Notes under the pieces: generated by a model
The model's database searches: none
What the model saw: the letters and a program-made list of their open reading frames with translations, nothing else
Told to the model about the DNA's origin: nothing
Shown: positions 55,591-64,000 of the stretch, one piece after another
Position numbering within the stretch: position 1 is the stretch's first letter
How the letters are laid out: the number at the start of each line of letters is the position of its first letter
Position numbers and translations under genes: made by a program
DNA from: Bacteroidales bacterium
GTDB taxonomy: Bacteria; Bacteroidota; Bacteroidia; Bacteroidales; BM520
Length of the DNA: 64,000 nt
Direction: 5' to 3'
NCBI GenBank assembly: GCA_028707815.1
Contig: JAQWAE010000006.1
Coordinates: 3,426 to 67,425 of the forward strand

Positions 55591-56634
55591 TTATTCATTT
55601 TCAAAAATAATTTCCACATCATCGATAGTCAATGTACTTCCAACGGCACCGCGATAATAATCGCCTTCTTTGCTCGAGCCTGCAACAATAGAAAGTTGTA
55701 AACGAGCATCAGACGGAATCTCTTTATAATATATAAAAGGTATCTCAAAATAGGTGTACTCCTCACAATTGCCAAACGTAAATTCCGTTTTTGCAATTAC
55801 TTTTTCGCCGCTATTGACAGTCTGGATATTCAGTCTGTCTTTGCCTTCAAATAATACGGCATAAAATGAAAATTCGTCAACGACATTTGGAACAACTGCA
55901 CCATTTTCATCGGTAAATGTTTCGCCCGGAATATATTTTATCCATGCTGTCAATTTTGTCGGCTTGTTGGTGCCGTCATATACAAAAGGTGCTCCGAACT
56001 CTGCGCATAACAAAGGATTCGACATTAAATGCAGAGTGTTGAAATATCCTATGAATGCCGAACCTGAAATTATTGGCGGTATGATAGAACTTATGGTGTC
56101 TCCAAACATTGTGCGTAACTCAACAGCATAAGACCCTGTATGAGAGCTTGTTGACCGATAAGTAGGGTAGTCTATGTTCAACATCTTAGCTCCTAAGTTG
56201 GCTGATGTCCAACCTGCAGGCTCAAGATAAGAACCATTCGATTTTGAAACCCATTCCTCAAAATCAAACTGCCAGCTGATGTCGGTCGCAACAATAATCT
56301 TGTACGTCTGTTGCCAATTTCCGTCTTCCGAAGTTACTGTGTAACTGACAGCCGAACTAAAATCTTGAATAACACCACTCGCCGGTTCTATTGATCCTGC
56401 TTCAGAAATGGAAATTACCGGCTTTAAATGAGTGACATCTACTTCTGATGGAACTATGATTTCCATATCGTTAGACGTTATTTGCGAAACGTTAATAACC
56501 ATAATGTTTTCACTGTCATAAAGTTTAATCCCTAAAATGTCGGCTTCCATGTTGAGCGGTTCACCACATTCACATGAGTTAAGTATTGTTGACATCACAA
56601 AAATAACAGATAAAAACGAAAGTATTTTATTCAT
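55591..56634 (-). CDS. PCMD-domain-like surface lipoprotein (hypothetical)
   Basis: Lipobox ILNSCEC (ATG 56634). An N-terminal Ig-like segment, then a ~220-aa domain with W..ANLGA...YPT.... and C-terminal ..GSTL.IDDVEI, which I recall as the PCMD (putative carbohydrate metabolism domain) pattern. Confidence 0.5.
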   Translation of the reverse strand: MNKILSFLSVIFVMSTILNSCECGEPLNMEADILGIKLYDSENIMVINVSQITSNDMEIIVPSEVDVTHLKPVISISEAGSIEPASGVIQDFSSAVSYTVTSEDGNWQQTYKIIVATDISWQFDFEEWVSKSNGSYLEPAGWTSANLGAKMLNIDYPTYRSTSSHTGSYAVELRTMFGDTISSIIPPIISGSAFIGYFNTLHLMSNPLLCAEFGAPFVYDGTNKPTKLTAWIKYIPGETFTDENGAVVPNVVDEFSFYAVLFEGKDRLNIQTVNSGEKVIAKTEFTFGNCEEYTYFEIPFIYYKEIPSDARLQLSIVAGSSKEGDYYRGAVGSTLTIDDVEIIFENE

Positions 56635-56661
56635 ACAAAATATACATATTAAATTAATTTG

Positions 56662-56669
56662 CAAATTTA
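56662..56669 (-). promoter_or_regulatory. -7 promoter box (TAAATTTG on the minus strand), abutted by an A10/T10 tract
   Basis: CAAATTTA on the plus strand, 28 nt upstream of ATG 56634. It lies inside the 12-bp palindrome AATTTGCAAATT (56656-56667). The homopolymer spans 56669-56678. Confidence 0.45.
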
Positions 56670-56794
56670 AAAAAAAAATTGTGTATTGCTTGAGTTACTC
56701 GCATTTTTTTATTACTTACATTATGAACAAAGCTACACAATGACACTTTATCAAAATTTAATGCCGTTTTTTGCTCTAATAATAAAAATCTGTT

Positions 56795-56802
56795 TACCTT
56801 TG
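56795..56802 (+). promoter_or_regulatory. -7 promoter box TACCTTTG for mbnP/mbnH-like genes
   Basis: TAnnTTTG match 27 nt upstream of ATG 56829. Confidence 0.5.
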
Positions 56803-56828
56803 CCAAATAATTATTTAAATAAAAGCTG

Positions 56829-57650
56829 ATGCAAAAATATTATACTATTATAATTGTTTTCTTTATAACTTGCCTTTTTACAAATTGCAATAAGCCTAAC
56901 AATATTGATGACGATATAAGCAAAATTACGTTGAAATTTGAATTTTATGTTGATAATGCCAAACTTCAACAAAATGACATTAGCTTAACTACTTTTAGAA
57001 ATGCTGCAGGTAATCTGTATCAAATTGAAGATATACAGATGATTATATCAAAAATTAAACTGATACGCTCCGACCAGAGTGAAGTCATCTTTAATAATGA
57101 TGATTTTGTTCATTATATTGATTTTGAAGATACAACAACTCTGTCGTGGACACTTCCGAAAAGTTATGAAGAAGGTGTATACAAAAGTATCGGCTTTACC
57201 TTTGGATTAGATGAGGAAATGAATACCTCAGGCAGATTTAATAATCCTCCTATCAGCGATATGTTTTGGCCCGAAACCTTAGGCGGCGGCTATCATTATA
57301 TGAAACTTAACTGCAAATGGAATTACGTGGAATCTTTAAAAGAACTTACTCCCCTTAATTTTCATCTTGGCAGATATCCAATATACGCCGCTTCTTTTAA
57401 CGACCCGATAGATTTTGTTGACAACTATTTTGCAGTGAATTTTCCCATCTCTTTTGATGTTAAGGAAGATGAAGATAAGATATTTATTGTGAAAGTTGAT
57501 ATAAATCAGTGGTTTGCCGAGCCTAATGTTATCAATTTTGACGATTATGTCGGCGTTGCTATTATGCAAAATCAAGCTATCCAAACTTTAGCTCAACAAA
57601 ACGGACCATCTGTGTTTTCTGCTGAGTTAGAAGTCAAAAGAAATAGATAA
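56829..57650 (+). CDS. mbnP: MbnP-family (copper-binding partner) lipoprotein
   Basis: Lipobox LFTNCN. The ..IGFTFGLD...N......PPISDMFWPETLGGGYHYMKLNCKW.. block matches my memory of the MbnP family. Immediately followed (1-nt gap) by a di-heme peroxidase. Confidence 0.65.
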   Translation: MQKYYTIIIVFFITCLFTNCNKPNNIDDDISKITLKFEFYVDNAKLQQNDISLTTFRNAAGNLYQIEDIQMIISKIKLIRSDQSEVIFNNDDFVHYIDFEDTTTLSWTLPKSYEEGVYKSIGFTFGLDEEMNTSGRFNNPPISDMFWPETLGGGYHYMKLNCKWNYVESLKELTPLNFHLGRYPIYAASFNDPIDFVDNYFAVNFPISFDVKEDEDKIFIVKVDINQWFAEPNVINFDDYVGVAIMQNQAIQTLAQQNGPSVFSAELEVKRNR

Positions 57651-57651
57651 C

Positions 57652-58794
57652 ATGAACCGTGCTTTCCTATTATTGTGCGCTTCCTGTTTGCTGTCATTTG
57701 CTCTAACATCTTGCGTTCATAACGGAGAAGACGACTTTTCACCAACCCCGTATTATTTCGATTTGCCGGCTTATTTCCCAACTAATTATAATATTCCCGA
57801 TGATAACCCGATGACAGTAGAGGGCGTTGAATTAGGACGTTACTTGTTCTATGACGGCAGATTGTCGGGGCGTACCAACGAGGATTCTTTGATGTCGTGT
57901 GCAACTTGTCATCGTCAGGAAAGCTATTTTGACGCCGGCGTAGACCACCCCTTGTTTGAAGGCGGATTTACTCACGGCATCACAGGTATACCGACTTCTC
58001 ATGTTACCATGTCTTTGGTAAATCTGGTGTTCAATCATAATGGCTACCTCTGGAATGGCGCAATCCACGAAAGCAATGCCGATGCTGCTAAACGCAGGAT
58101 TGAAGACCTCGTGTGGATGGGAATCACAGCACCTTATGAAATGAATAGCGACACCAATACCGTGAAAGCTCTTATCCAATCTATTGACATCTATCCGCCA
58201 ATGTTCGAAGCTGCCTTCGGAACGCCGGAGGTGACAGCCGAAAGAATGGGAAAGGCTATAGCGCAGTTTATCCGATCTATCGTTTCGTATAACTCTAAAT
58301 TCGACAGATATTTTAGAGGCGAAGAGATGTTGACAGAACAAGAATTGTACGGCTACGAACTTTTTACTACCGAAGAAGGCGGCGACTGTTTCCACTGTCA
58401 TGGTAGCGCTTACAGCCCGTTGTTTACTACCAATCTATTCTATAACAACGGAAAAGATTCTCTCTTTACCGGCGAATATGAAGATTTTAGAGATAGATAT
58501 CACATCACTTATAAAGAAAGCGACAGAGGTGCTTACCGCACCCCAAGCCTCAGAAATGTAACTATGACCGGTCCTTATATGCACGATGGTCGCTTCTCTT
58601 CTTTAGATGATGTCCTCGATTTTTATAACTTCCATGTAATATTAACTCCTTATACTGATGTGCTGATGCACCACGCCGTTAACGGCGGAACCCAACTGAC
58701 ACCCAATGAGTTGGCTGCTCTGAAATCGTTTTTGCTTACTCTTACAGATACAACAATTATTAGCGACCCGAAATATTCAAATCCGCACCTTTAG
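57652..58794 (+). CDS. mbnH: di-heme cytochrome c peroxidase / MauG-like enzyme (MbnH-type)
   Basis: Two CxxCH heme motifs (CATCH, CFHCH). ..YRTPSLRNV..TGPYMHDG.. is conserved in the CCP/MauG family. Confidence 0.8.
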   Translation: MNRAFLLLCASCLLSFALTSCVHNGEDDFSPTPYYFDLPAYFPTNYNIPDDNPMTVEGVELGRYLFYDGRLSGRTNEDSLMSCATCHRQESYFDAGVDHPLFEGGFTHGITGIPTSHVTMSLVNLVFNHNGYLWNGAIHESNADAAKRRIEDLVWMGITAPYEMNSDTNTVKALIQSIDIYPPMFEAAFGTPEVTAERMGKAIAQFIRSIVSYNSKFDRYFRGEEMLTEQELYGYELFTTEEGGDCFHCHGSAYSPLFTTNLFYNNGKDSLFTGEYEDFRDRYHITYKESDRGAYRTPSLRNVTMTGPYMHDGRFSSLDDVLDFYNFHVILTPYTDVLMHHAVNGGTQLTPNELAALKSFLLTLTDTTIISDPKYSNPHL

Positions 58795-58807
58795 TCGGCA
58801 AAAGTAT

Positions 58808-58831
58808 GTGCTGAAAAAATCATTTCAGCAC
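58808..58831. terminator. hairpin between convergent mbnH and res (possible terminator, no U-tract)
   Basis: 9-bp stem GTGCTGAAA/TTTCAGCAC with a 6-nt loop. Confidence 0.3.
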
Positions 58832-58912
58832 TATATCAAATGCGTTACATTAATTTTCTTATATTTATTACCCAAGTGAACAAATTTAGGGTCTATTCCT
58901 TTTGCCATATCA

Positions 58913-61270
58913 TTATGCGTTTTGTGGATAGAAACTATCCCAATTTAATGTATCAGTAGTATTTTCAATGGGTAATTTTGAGTATATCCAATTGTTATTC
59001 TTATATATGATAACCCCACCCATAAGAGGCGTTTCGTCTGAATAATTTTCTTTTATATATTGTAGCAATGCATTATGCTTATCTGGTGCAGTAATATCGC
59101 TTCCTTCTGTTTTTGTATCAAAAAGATATATATGACCGTTTTTCATGCGAATTACAAAGTCCACATAAAAGAGTGATTTATCATTTCCGTCACCATAAGG
59201 TATTGCGTAATGTTGCTTCCCATTATCTCCATTTTTATACCACCAATCAATCCACTGAGTATTTTCCTCCAAGAATTTTACAAATTCTCGTTCAGGGGCA
59301 GATGCTGTGTTAAGTTGAACAAAAGGAGTTAAAGCATGATTCTCAGCTTCTTCAATAGTGTTAGTTTCGCTATCATATACTCTCTCTTCCGGGACTTCCC
59401 ATTCATATCTTTTAAGTTCTCTCTGAGCCTTGAGCCTCTTTTTCTTGCTTTCTCTTATACGAGCATATTTTTCAAGGGCGATATCAAGTAATCTATCAAA
59501 TTTTGGCTTATTGTCGTGATACAATACAACTTTCTTTGCATCCATATCAAATATGCCAAAGAAATCAGAAAGCAATTCCAAAAGGAAAAATGCAATTTTG
59601 TCTGTTCTTCCTTTACTCTCAAATTGCCCTCCTTTGCCACTGATGTATGCCATAAACACACGGTCTATTTCAGATGCCTTACGAGCATATTTCACTTGAT
59701 CTACCTCAATAGTTTGTACTTCGTTCTGGAAATGAACATCCTTTGGTATTTCTACATTTACAGTCTTTACATCCAAGCGAATTAAGTCTTTTACCCGTTG
59801 TCTATTTGTATTGATTTGTTCATCATCACTTTTGGGGAGTTCAAAATAATCTTCCTTTTCGTCTACTAATGCAGCAAGCTCTTCTAGCGAGAATAACAAT
59901 TGTACATGCTCCAATCTCCATAAGTTCTCTGCTACTTCATAAAGTACATTTCGGAAATCAGGGCCCAAATAATTACGCTCTGCATTAGGGCGTTCTGAAT
60001 AATATGCCGGCAATGAGACATTTTCAATATCATCGCGTCTATATGCCACTATTGTATTCTTATGAATATAATCTGAATCAGCTGTTACAATCTGAATCTT
60101 ATCTTTTGCAATATCTGTGTACACATATCCGATATTAAGCAATTCTTTAGGATAATGCTTCTGCTCAGGCATTCTTAGAATACGGCCAACCGTTTGAATT
60201 GTGAATTGTTCGCTTTGTAATTTCCTAAAAATAAGTAGAACAGCGGCACGAGGACAATCCCAACCTAATGCTATTGCTTCTTTGAATAATAGCACTTGTG
60301 CAAGGTTATTGGGCTTTTCAAGATTTGCAAGATTACTCTTCTCGTTTGCAAGCCACACTGCCAGCAATCCATTCTCTTCTGTTATGCCACATATTGCACT
60401 CAGATAAGTCTTAACCTGTTCAGCCACAGCAGCGTCTTCGGCAGTCATAGTTTCCTTTGCATCATTAGGTAGCTGAATAAGCAGCAATGGGTTTATATGG
60501 ATGCCAAGTTCTTTGTAGGCTTCGGCTATTTGATTGCGTTTTGCCAAGGCTGTTTTTATCAAATGTTCATTTAGCACAAGGTCGTCTCTAAAATCTAAAT
60601 CTATTTCTGGATTTAGCACGACCTCCTTTTTTATCATCTCGGCAGCAATAACATCTTGACGATACACTTTTACAATCTCATCAGGATGCACAGTCTTAGG
60701 GGTAGCCGAAATACGGATTTCGACAGTCGGATTTATTTGGTCAAGCACTGCAGATGATTTATCGGCAGTTTTTGACCAAAACATGTGCTCTTCATCAATA
60801 ATTGCCACTATTGGAAGATTCAGCTCCTCTTGCGTGCGACGAGTAATTTCATATAAAGATGCCGAGCTTTCGCTCTCACGCACCATTACGTTATTCTCTT
60901 TGTTCACACTTTCCCAGTTAACAAAAAGGATTTCTCCAGCTCTTATTCCTTCGCTCTGCTCTAATTCATCAAACATTACCGGAGTAAATTTTCTTGTCTC
61001 GCCAAATGCTGCTTTCAGACTCTGATAACTCTGCAAATGGAGCTTACGAGGTGCAAACCATATAAATGCAACTTCTTGGTAACGGCTGTCGCCTCTATTG
61101 TTTAGTTCATCTATAATATTTGCTAAAGTTTGACAAGCCATTACAGTTTTTCCGGCACCCGTTGGAGCCTCAAAAACTATCTTATGTCGCTTTCCTCCGA
61201 AATTTAATAGCCTGATGGTTTTATCGGTCAAGTCGTTTATTGCATTCTGCTGATATAGTATATTTTTCAT
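58913..61270 (-). CDS. res: Type III restriction enzyme Res subunit (SF2 helicase plus C-terminal nuclease)
   Basis: Walker A APTGAGKT, motif II IIDEEH, QTVGRILR (motif VI-like), C-terminal PD-(D/E)xK-like YVDFVI...LFDTKT. Confidence 0.8.
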   Translation of the reverse strand: MKNILYQQNAINDLTDKTIRLLNFGGKRHKIVFEAPTGAGKTVMACQTLANIIDELNNRGDSRYQEVAFIWFAPRKLHLQSYQSLKAAFGETRKFTPVMFDELEQSEGIRAGEILFVNWESVNKENNVMVRESESSASLYEITRRTQEELNLPIVAIIDEEHMFWSKTADKSSAVLDQINPTVEIRISATPKTVHPDEIVKVYRQDVIAAEMIKKEVVLNPEIDLDFRDDLVLNEHLIKTALAKRNQIAEAYKELGIHINPLLLIQLPNDAKETMTAEDAAVAEQVKTYLSAICGITEENGLLAVWLANEKSNLANLEKPNNLAQVLLFKEAIALGWDCPRAAVLLIFRKLQSEQFTIQTVGRILRMPEQKHYPKELLNIGYVYTDIAKDKIQIVTADSDYIHKNTIVAYRRDDIENVSLPAYYSERPNAERNYLGPDFRNVLYEVAENLWRLEHVQLLFSLEELAALVDEKEDYFELPKSDDEQINTNRQRVKDLIRLDVKTVNVEIPKDVHFQNEVQTIEVDQVKYARKASEIDRVFMAYISGKGGQFESKGRTDKIAFFLLELLSDFFGIFDMDAKKVVLYHDNKPKFDRLLDIALEKYARIRESKKKRLKAQRELKRYEWEVPEERVYDSETNTIEEAENHALTPFVQLNTASAPEREFVKFLEENTQWIDWWYKNGDNGKQHYAIPYGDGNDKSLFYVDFVIRMKNGHIYLFDTKTEGSDITAPDKHNALLQYIKENYSDETPLMGGVIIYKNNNWIYSKLPIENTTDTLNWDSFYPQNA

Positions 61271-61276
61271 CTTCTC

Positions 61277-62281
61277 TTATTTTTTTAGTTTACGCTGTTC
61301 ATTATCAAAGTTATCTAAAAAGTGAAGCTCAACAGGCGATAACTGATTCAGGGTCCTTTCTTTAAACTTATCATATTCTGCATTTGCTTTTTGTTTTGCA
61401 ATTTCGGCAGATATACTCCCTGCGTGATTTAAAAGCTCTTTTCCGGAAAGTTTAAGAAAATCATCTAGTTTTTGTAACCAATCATTCATATACATTGGTT
61501 GATGTGATTTTGCTTGCAGTTCGGCAAAGTCAAGATATAGACTTACTATTCTATTCAATGTGTCAAGTTCATCTTGCGACAGATAATTTTTTGCCACATC
61601 GGCATCTGTCCGCCTTGGCATAGCACCACTCCATGAGGTTAATCCCATAAAATCTTTCTCGGCATCGGCTCGCTGATAAATAACTTCAGCTGCCGTGTGT
61701 CCATGAGCTGAGAAGTGCATCTTATTTTGAATTGTTTTAAAGAACAGTTGTGTAGATTCGGTACGTGGATCATAGTCAATGCTCAAGGCATAGATTTCAA
61801 GTATCTTGCGATAAAATACTTTTTCAGATGAACGTATATCGCGAATACGGCTAAGAAGTTCATCAAAATAGTTTCCCCCTCCGGCTCGTTTCAACAAATC
61901 GTCATTTAGGGCAAAGCCCTTTACTAAATATTCTTTTAGCACCTGGCTTGCCCAAATTCTAAACTGCACACCTCGATGAGACTTTACACGATAGCCAACG
62001 CTGATTATCATATCGAGGTTATAGTATGCTACATTGTATTTCTTGTTGTCGGTGGCAGTTGTTGCAAAAAATGCAACAACTGAGTCTGCTTGTAACTCCC
62101 CCTCTTCAAATATGTTTTTTATATGTCGAGAAATGGTTGATTTATTACGCTGAAAGAGTTCTGTCATCTGGTCCGCACTCAGCCACACTGTATCATTAGA
62201 TAGAGTTACTTCTATTCTTGAAGTTCCATCTGCTGTTTGATAAAGAATTAAATTTCCTTGTGGCGTTTCTTGTTCTGTCAT
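61277..62281 (-). CDS. rhuM: RhuM-family protein embedded between mod and res
   Basis: The N-terminus LYQTADGTSRIEVTLSNDTVWLSADQMTELFQRNKSTISRHIKNIFEEGEL is the signature I associate with RhuM-family proteins found inside R-M loci. There is a 4-nt overlap with the mod stop and a 6-nt gap to res. Confidence 0.7.
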   Translation of the reverse strand: MTEQETPQGNLILYQTADGTSRIEVTLSNDTVWLSADQMTELFQRNKSTISRHIKNIFEEGELQADSVVAFFATTATDNKKYNVAYYNLDMIISVGYRVKSHRGVQFRIWASQVLKEYLVKGFALNDDLLKRAGGGNYFDELLSRIRDIRSSEKVFYRKILEIYALSIDYDPRTESTQLFFKTIQNKMHFSAHGHTAAEVIYQRADAEKDFMGLTSWSGAMPRRTDADVAKNYLSQDELDTLNRIVSLYLDFAELQAKSHQPMYMNDWLQKLDDFLKLSGKELLNHAGSISAEIAKQKANAEYDKFKERTLNQLSPVELHFLDNFDNEQRKLKK

Positions 62282-64000
62282 TGCTCACCTCCTTCTTCCG
62301 TAAAATTCAGTTCACCATTGTTTACTATTTCCTCTTTCTGATAGAGTACATCGTCTTTAGGATTTACCATTGTATCACGCTTGCGTGGTAGCACACGGCG
62401 ATAACTGTTGTAAATAGCGTATGGCAATGCACATAGTTCTACTTTATCGCTCACTTCTTCAAATGCTCCCTCCCAAGGGTCTTCACTTTGCGAAAATACA
62501 TATATTTTTATTTTGTTTTCATTGTCTATATCATAAATGGCATTGGCTAATTCTTCTATTGATACTTCATTGTAGATAATGAGCATCTTCTTTTCTCCAT
62601 TGTCAAAATAGCGGAAAATGTTTTTCTGAGTTTTCAATTCACCAAACATGTCTTGCTCGGTGTATAAATCTTCTTTAATACATAGCATGTCGGTGGCAAG
62701 AGTTACTAATTTACGCATATTCTGCACCGAGCGGCTACGACTCACAAAGCCAGTACGATAATAACGAAGATTGTTGTTCTTTAATCCGGCTACTTCTTCA
62801 CCTTTAGGAGTGGTATATCCATTAATAACTCGCTTGTTGCGTTCGTAAGTTACATTCTCGCAAATATTATTTTCGTTGTTGGTAATGAGAATACATTTGC
62901 GGGTGCCACCATCATCCTCTTCATCATTAATTTTCATTGTAGCATGAAGGGTTGTTCCACTTCCTGCAAAAAAATCTAGAATGATTGAGTTTGATGAAGT
63001 AGAAGACCTAATAATCTTTTCTATTAGAAAAAGAGGTTTAGGGTAGTTAAATTTTCCATCACCAATTATGGACTTTACTTCAGTTCCTCCATTTTGATAA
63101 TTTATCTCTTTCTCATTCCAAATGCTTTTGACCTTACTTGATATTATTTCACCGTTATCTTTGGATAAATAATTTTTCCTGTAAATATCCCATTTTTCTT
63201 TATCTGTACCCTTATTTACAAGTATACCGATGAGCATATCTTTTTCTTTTTTTACCTTCTCTTTACTCCATGTCCATCTACTTTCTTCGCCAGTTGGCCT
63301 ACATGGAATCACTTCTATTGTATGTAATAAATCCCTTTCAATGGAAACATCTCCATTAGTTGGATTAATATAAAATGAGTAAAACAGTAAAGGACGGTCA
63401 CTTCGCCTCCAAGCTCCACCTCTTTGTCTTAATCCTAATAAACGGTAATTACCTCTTTTATCTTCTAATGAGTATTCACTACTTCCTTCCTTATCTTTCT
63501 TTATCCCAATATTTAAATTTGGATTTTTAATAGATGCGTAACACAAAAGGTATTCATGTGTATTAGCGAAATATTTACTAGCTTGTGAACCTCTAGGATT
63601 ACTTTCTATGATAATCTGTTGTAAAAAGCTTCCTCTAAATACGTCATCACAAAGCAATTTCAAATTTGCTTGTTCATTATCGTCAATAGAAATAAAAATC
63701 ACACCTTTATCTGACAATAATTGTTTTGCAATCTTCAAACGCCTACTCATAAACGACAACCATTTAGAATGGCGATAACTATCTTCTTTATCTACAAAGC
63801 TATCATTATATATAAAATCATTATTTCCTGTATTATAAGGAGGATCAATATAAATAACATCAATCTTTCCGGCATGCGTATAAGCAAGAGTAGATAGAGC
63901 TTCAAGATTATCACCCTCAATTAAGATATGATTAGGGGCATCTTTATCCTCACTGATGATAGCTCGTTCCGGTACTTCTGTAAGGATAGGCAACTCATCA
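62278..64000 (-). CDS. mod: Type III R-M Mod subunit (beta-class N6/N4 DNA methyltransferase); 5' end probably beyond the window
   Basis: Motif IV IDPPYNTGN precedes motif I DFFAGSGTT (beta-class order). The frame stays open to position 64000, and the track start at 63993 is a TTG. Confidence 0.85.
   Translation of the reverse strand, partial: DELPILTEVPERAIISEDKDAPNHILIEGDNLEALSTLAYTHAGKIDVIYIDPPYNTGNNDFIYNDSFVDKEDSYRHSKWLSFMSRRLKIAKQLLSDKGVIFISIDDNEQANLKLLCDDVFRGSFLQQIIIESNPRGSQASKYFANTHEYLLCYASIKNPNLNIGIKKDKEGSSEYSLEDKRGNYRLLGLRQRGGAWRRSDRPLLFYSFYINPTNGDVSIERDLLHTIEVIPCRPTGEESRWTWSKEKVKKEKDMLIGILVNKGTDKEKWDIYRKNYLSKDNGEIISSKVKSIWNEKEINYQNGGTEVKSIIGDGKFNYPKPLFLIEKIIRSSTSSNSIILDFFAGSGTTLHATMKINDEEDDGGTRKCILITNNENNICENVTYERNKRVINGYTTPKGEEVAGLKNNNLRYYRTGFVSRSRSVQNMRKLVTLATDMLCIKEDLYTEQDMFGELKTQKNIFRYFDNGEKKMLIIYNEVSIEELANAIYDIDNENKIKIYVFSQSEDPWEGAFEEVSDKVELCALPYAIYNSYRRVLPRKRDTMVNPKDDVLYQKEEIVNNGELNFTEEGGEQ

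Noticed and set aside
57832-58401. 189-aa minus-strand ORF inside mbnH. Similar long antisense ORFs occur inside other genes (for example 2358-2831, 25580-25921, 42753-43485, 32394-32693, 53816-54166).
   Set aside because: All are fully nested antisense to genes with strong family motifs. Such shadows are expected in locally G+C-richer coding DNA. None has a recognisable motif, signal or promoter box.
1-64000. Scanned for CRISPR arrays, IS elements/transposases, integrases, prophage genes and long direct or inverted repeats.
   Set aside because: None seen. The only repeats are the 2 x 20-bp duplication (18784-18823), the ATCCG array (50941-51017) and the terminator palindromes. The largest intergenic gaps are ~240 bp.

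Overview
AT-rich, very densely coding chromosomal segment that reads as Bacteroidota. The evidence is a SusC/SusD pair, two T9SS C-terminal sorting domains, and TAnnTTTG -7 promoter boxes ahead of most transcription units. It is probably an anaerobe, given a four-subunit ferredoxin-dependent 2-oxoacid oxidoreductase plus a mini-ferredoxin.

I count about 55 protein genes and two tRNAs (His-GTG, Pro-CGG). I saw no rRNA, CRISPR array, transposase or integrase.

Most of the window is housekeeping:
- DNA repair and replication: radA, uvrA, dprA, recR, dnaX.
- Metabolism and envelope: PurM-like, lpd, rfbC, dapA, lgt, gcvT, dus.
- Regulation: an ECF sigma/anti-sigma pair.
- Many OmpA-type, beta-barrel and lipoprotein envelope genes.

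Accessory content:
- A starch-type PUL: T9SS-tagged GH13 amylase, SusC, SusD, SusE/F-like (19.1-27.9 kb).
- A divergent surface-protein / MbnP-MbnH (di-heme peroxidase) locus (54.8-58.8 kb).
- A Type III restriction-modification operon at the right edge with a RhuM-family gene wedged between mod and res. It is cut by the window end.

Observations I rate highest:
1. An A10 tract containing the E. coli-type A AAA AAG slippery heptamer at the domain III / linker boundary of dnaX, with stops right after it in both alternative frames.
2. The mod-rhuM-res architecture.
3. The orphan MbnP/MbnH pair.
4. An 80-bp C-rich, roughly 10-bp-phased ATCCG repeat filling one convergent intergenic gap.
5. A cytoplasmic retropepsin-like protease abutting uvrA.

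I did not find a clear-cut, wholly new multi-gene system. The candidates above are hypotheses. All functional calls rest on motif recognition by eye, with no searches or computations run.
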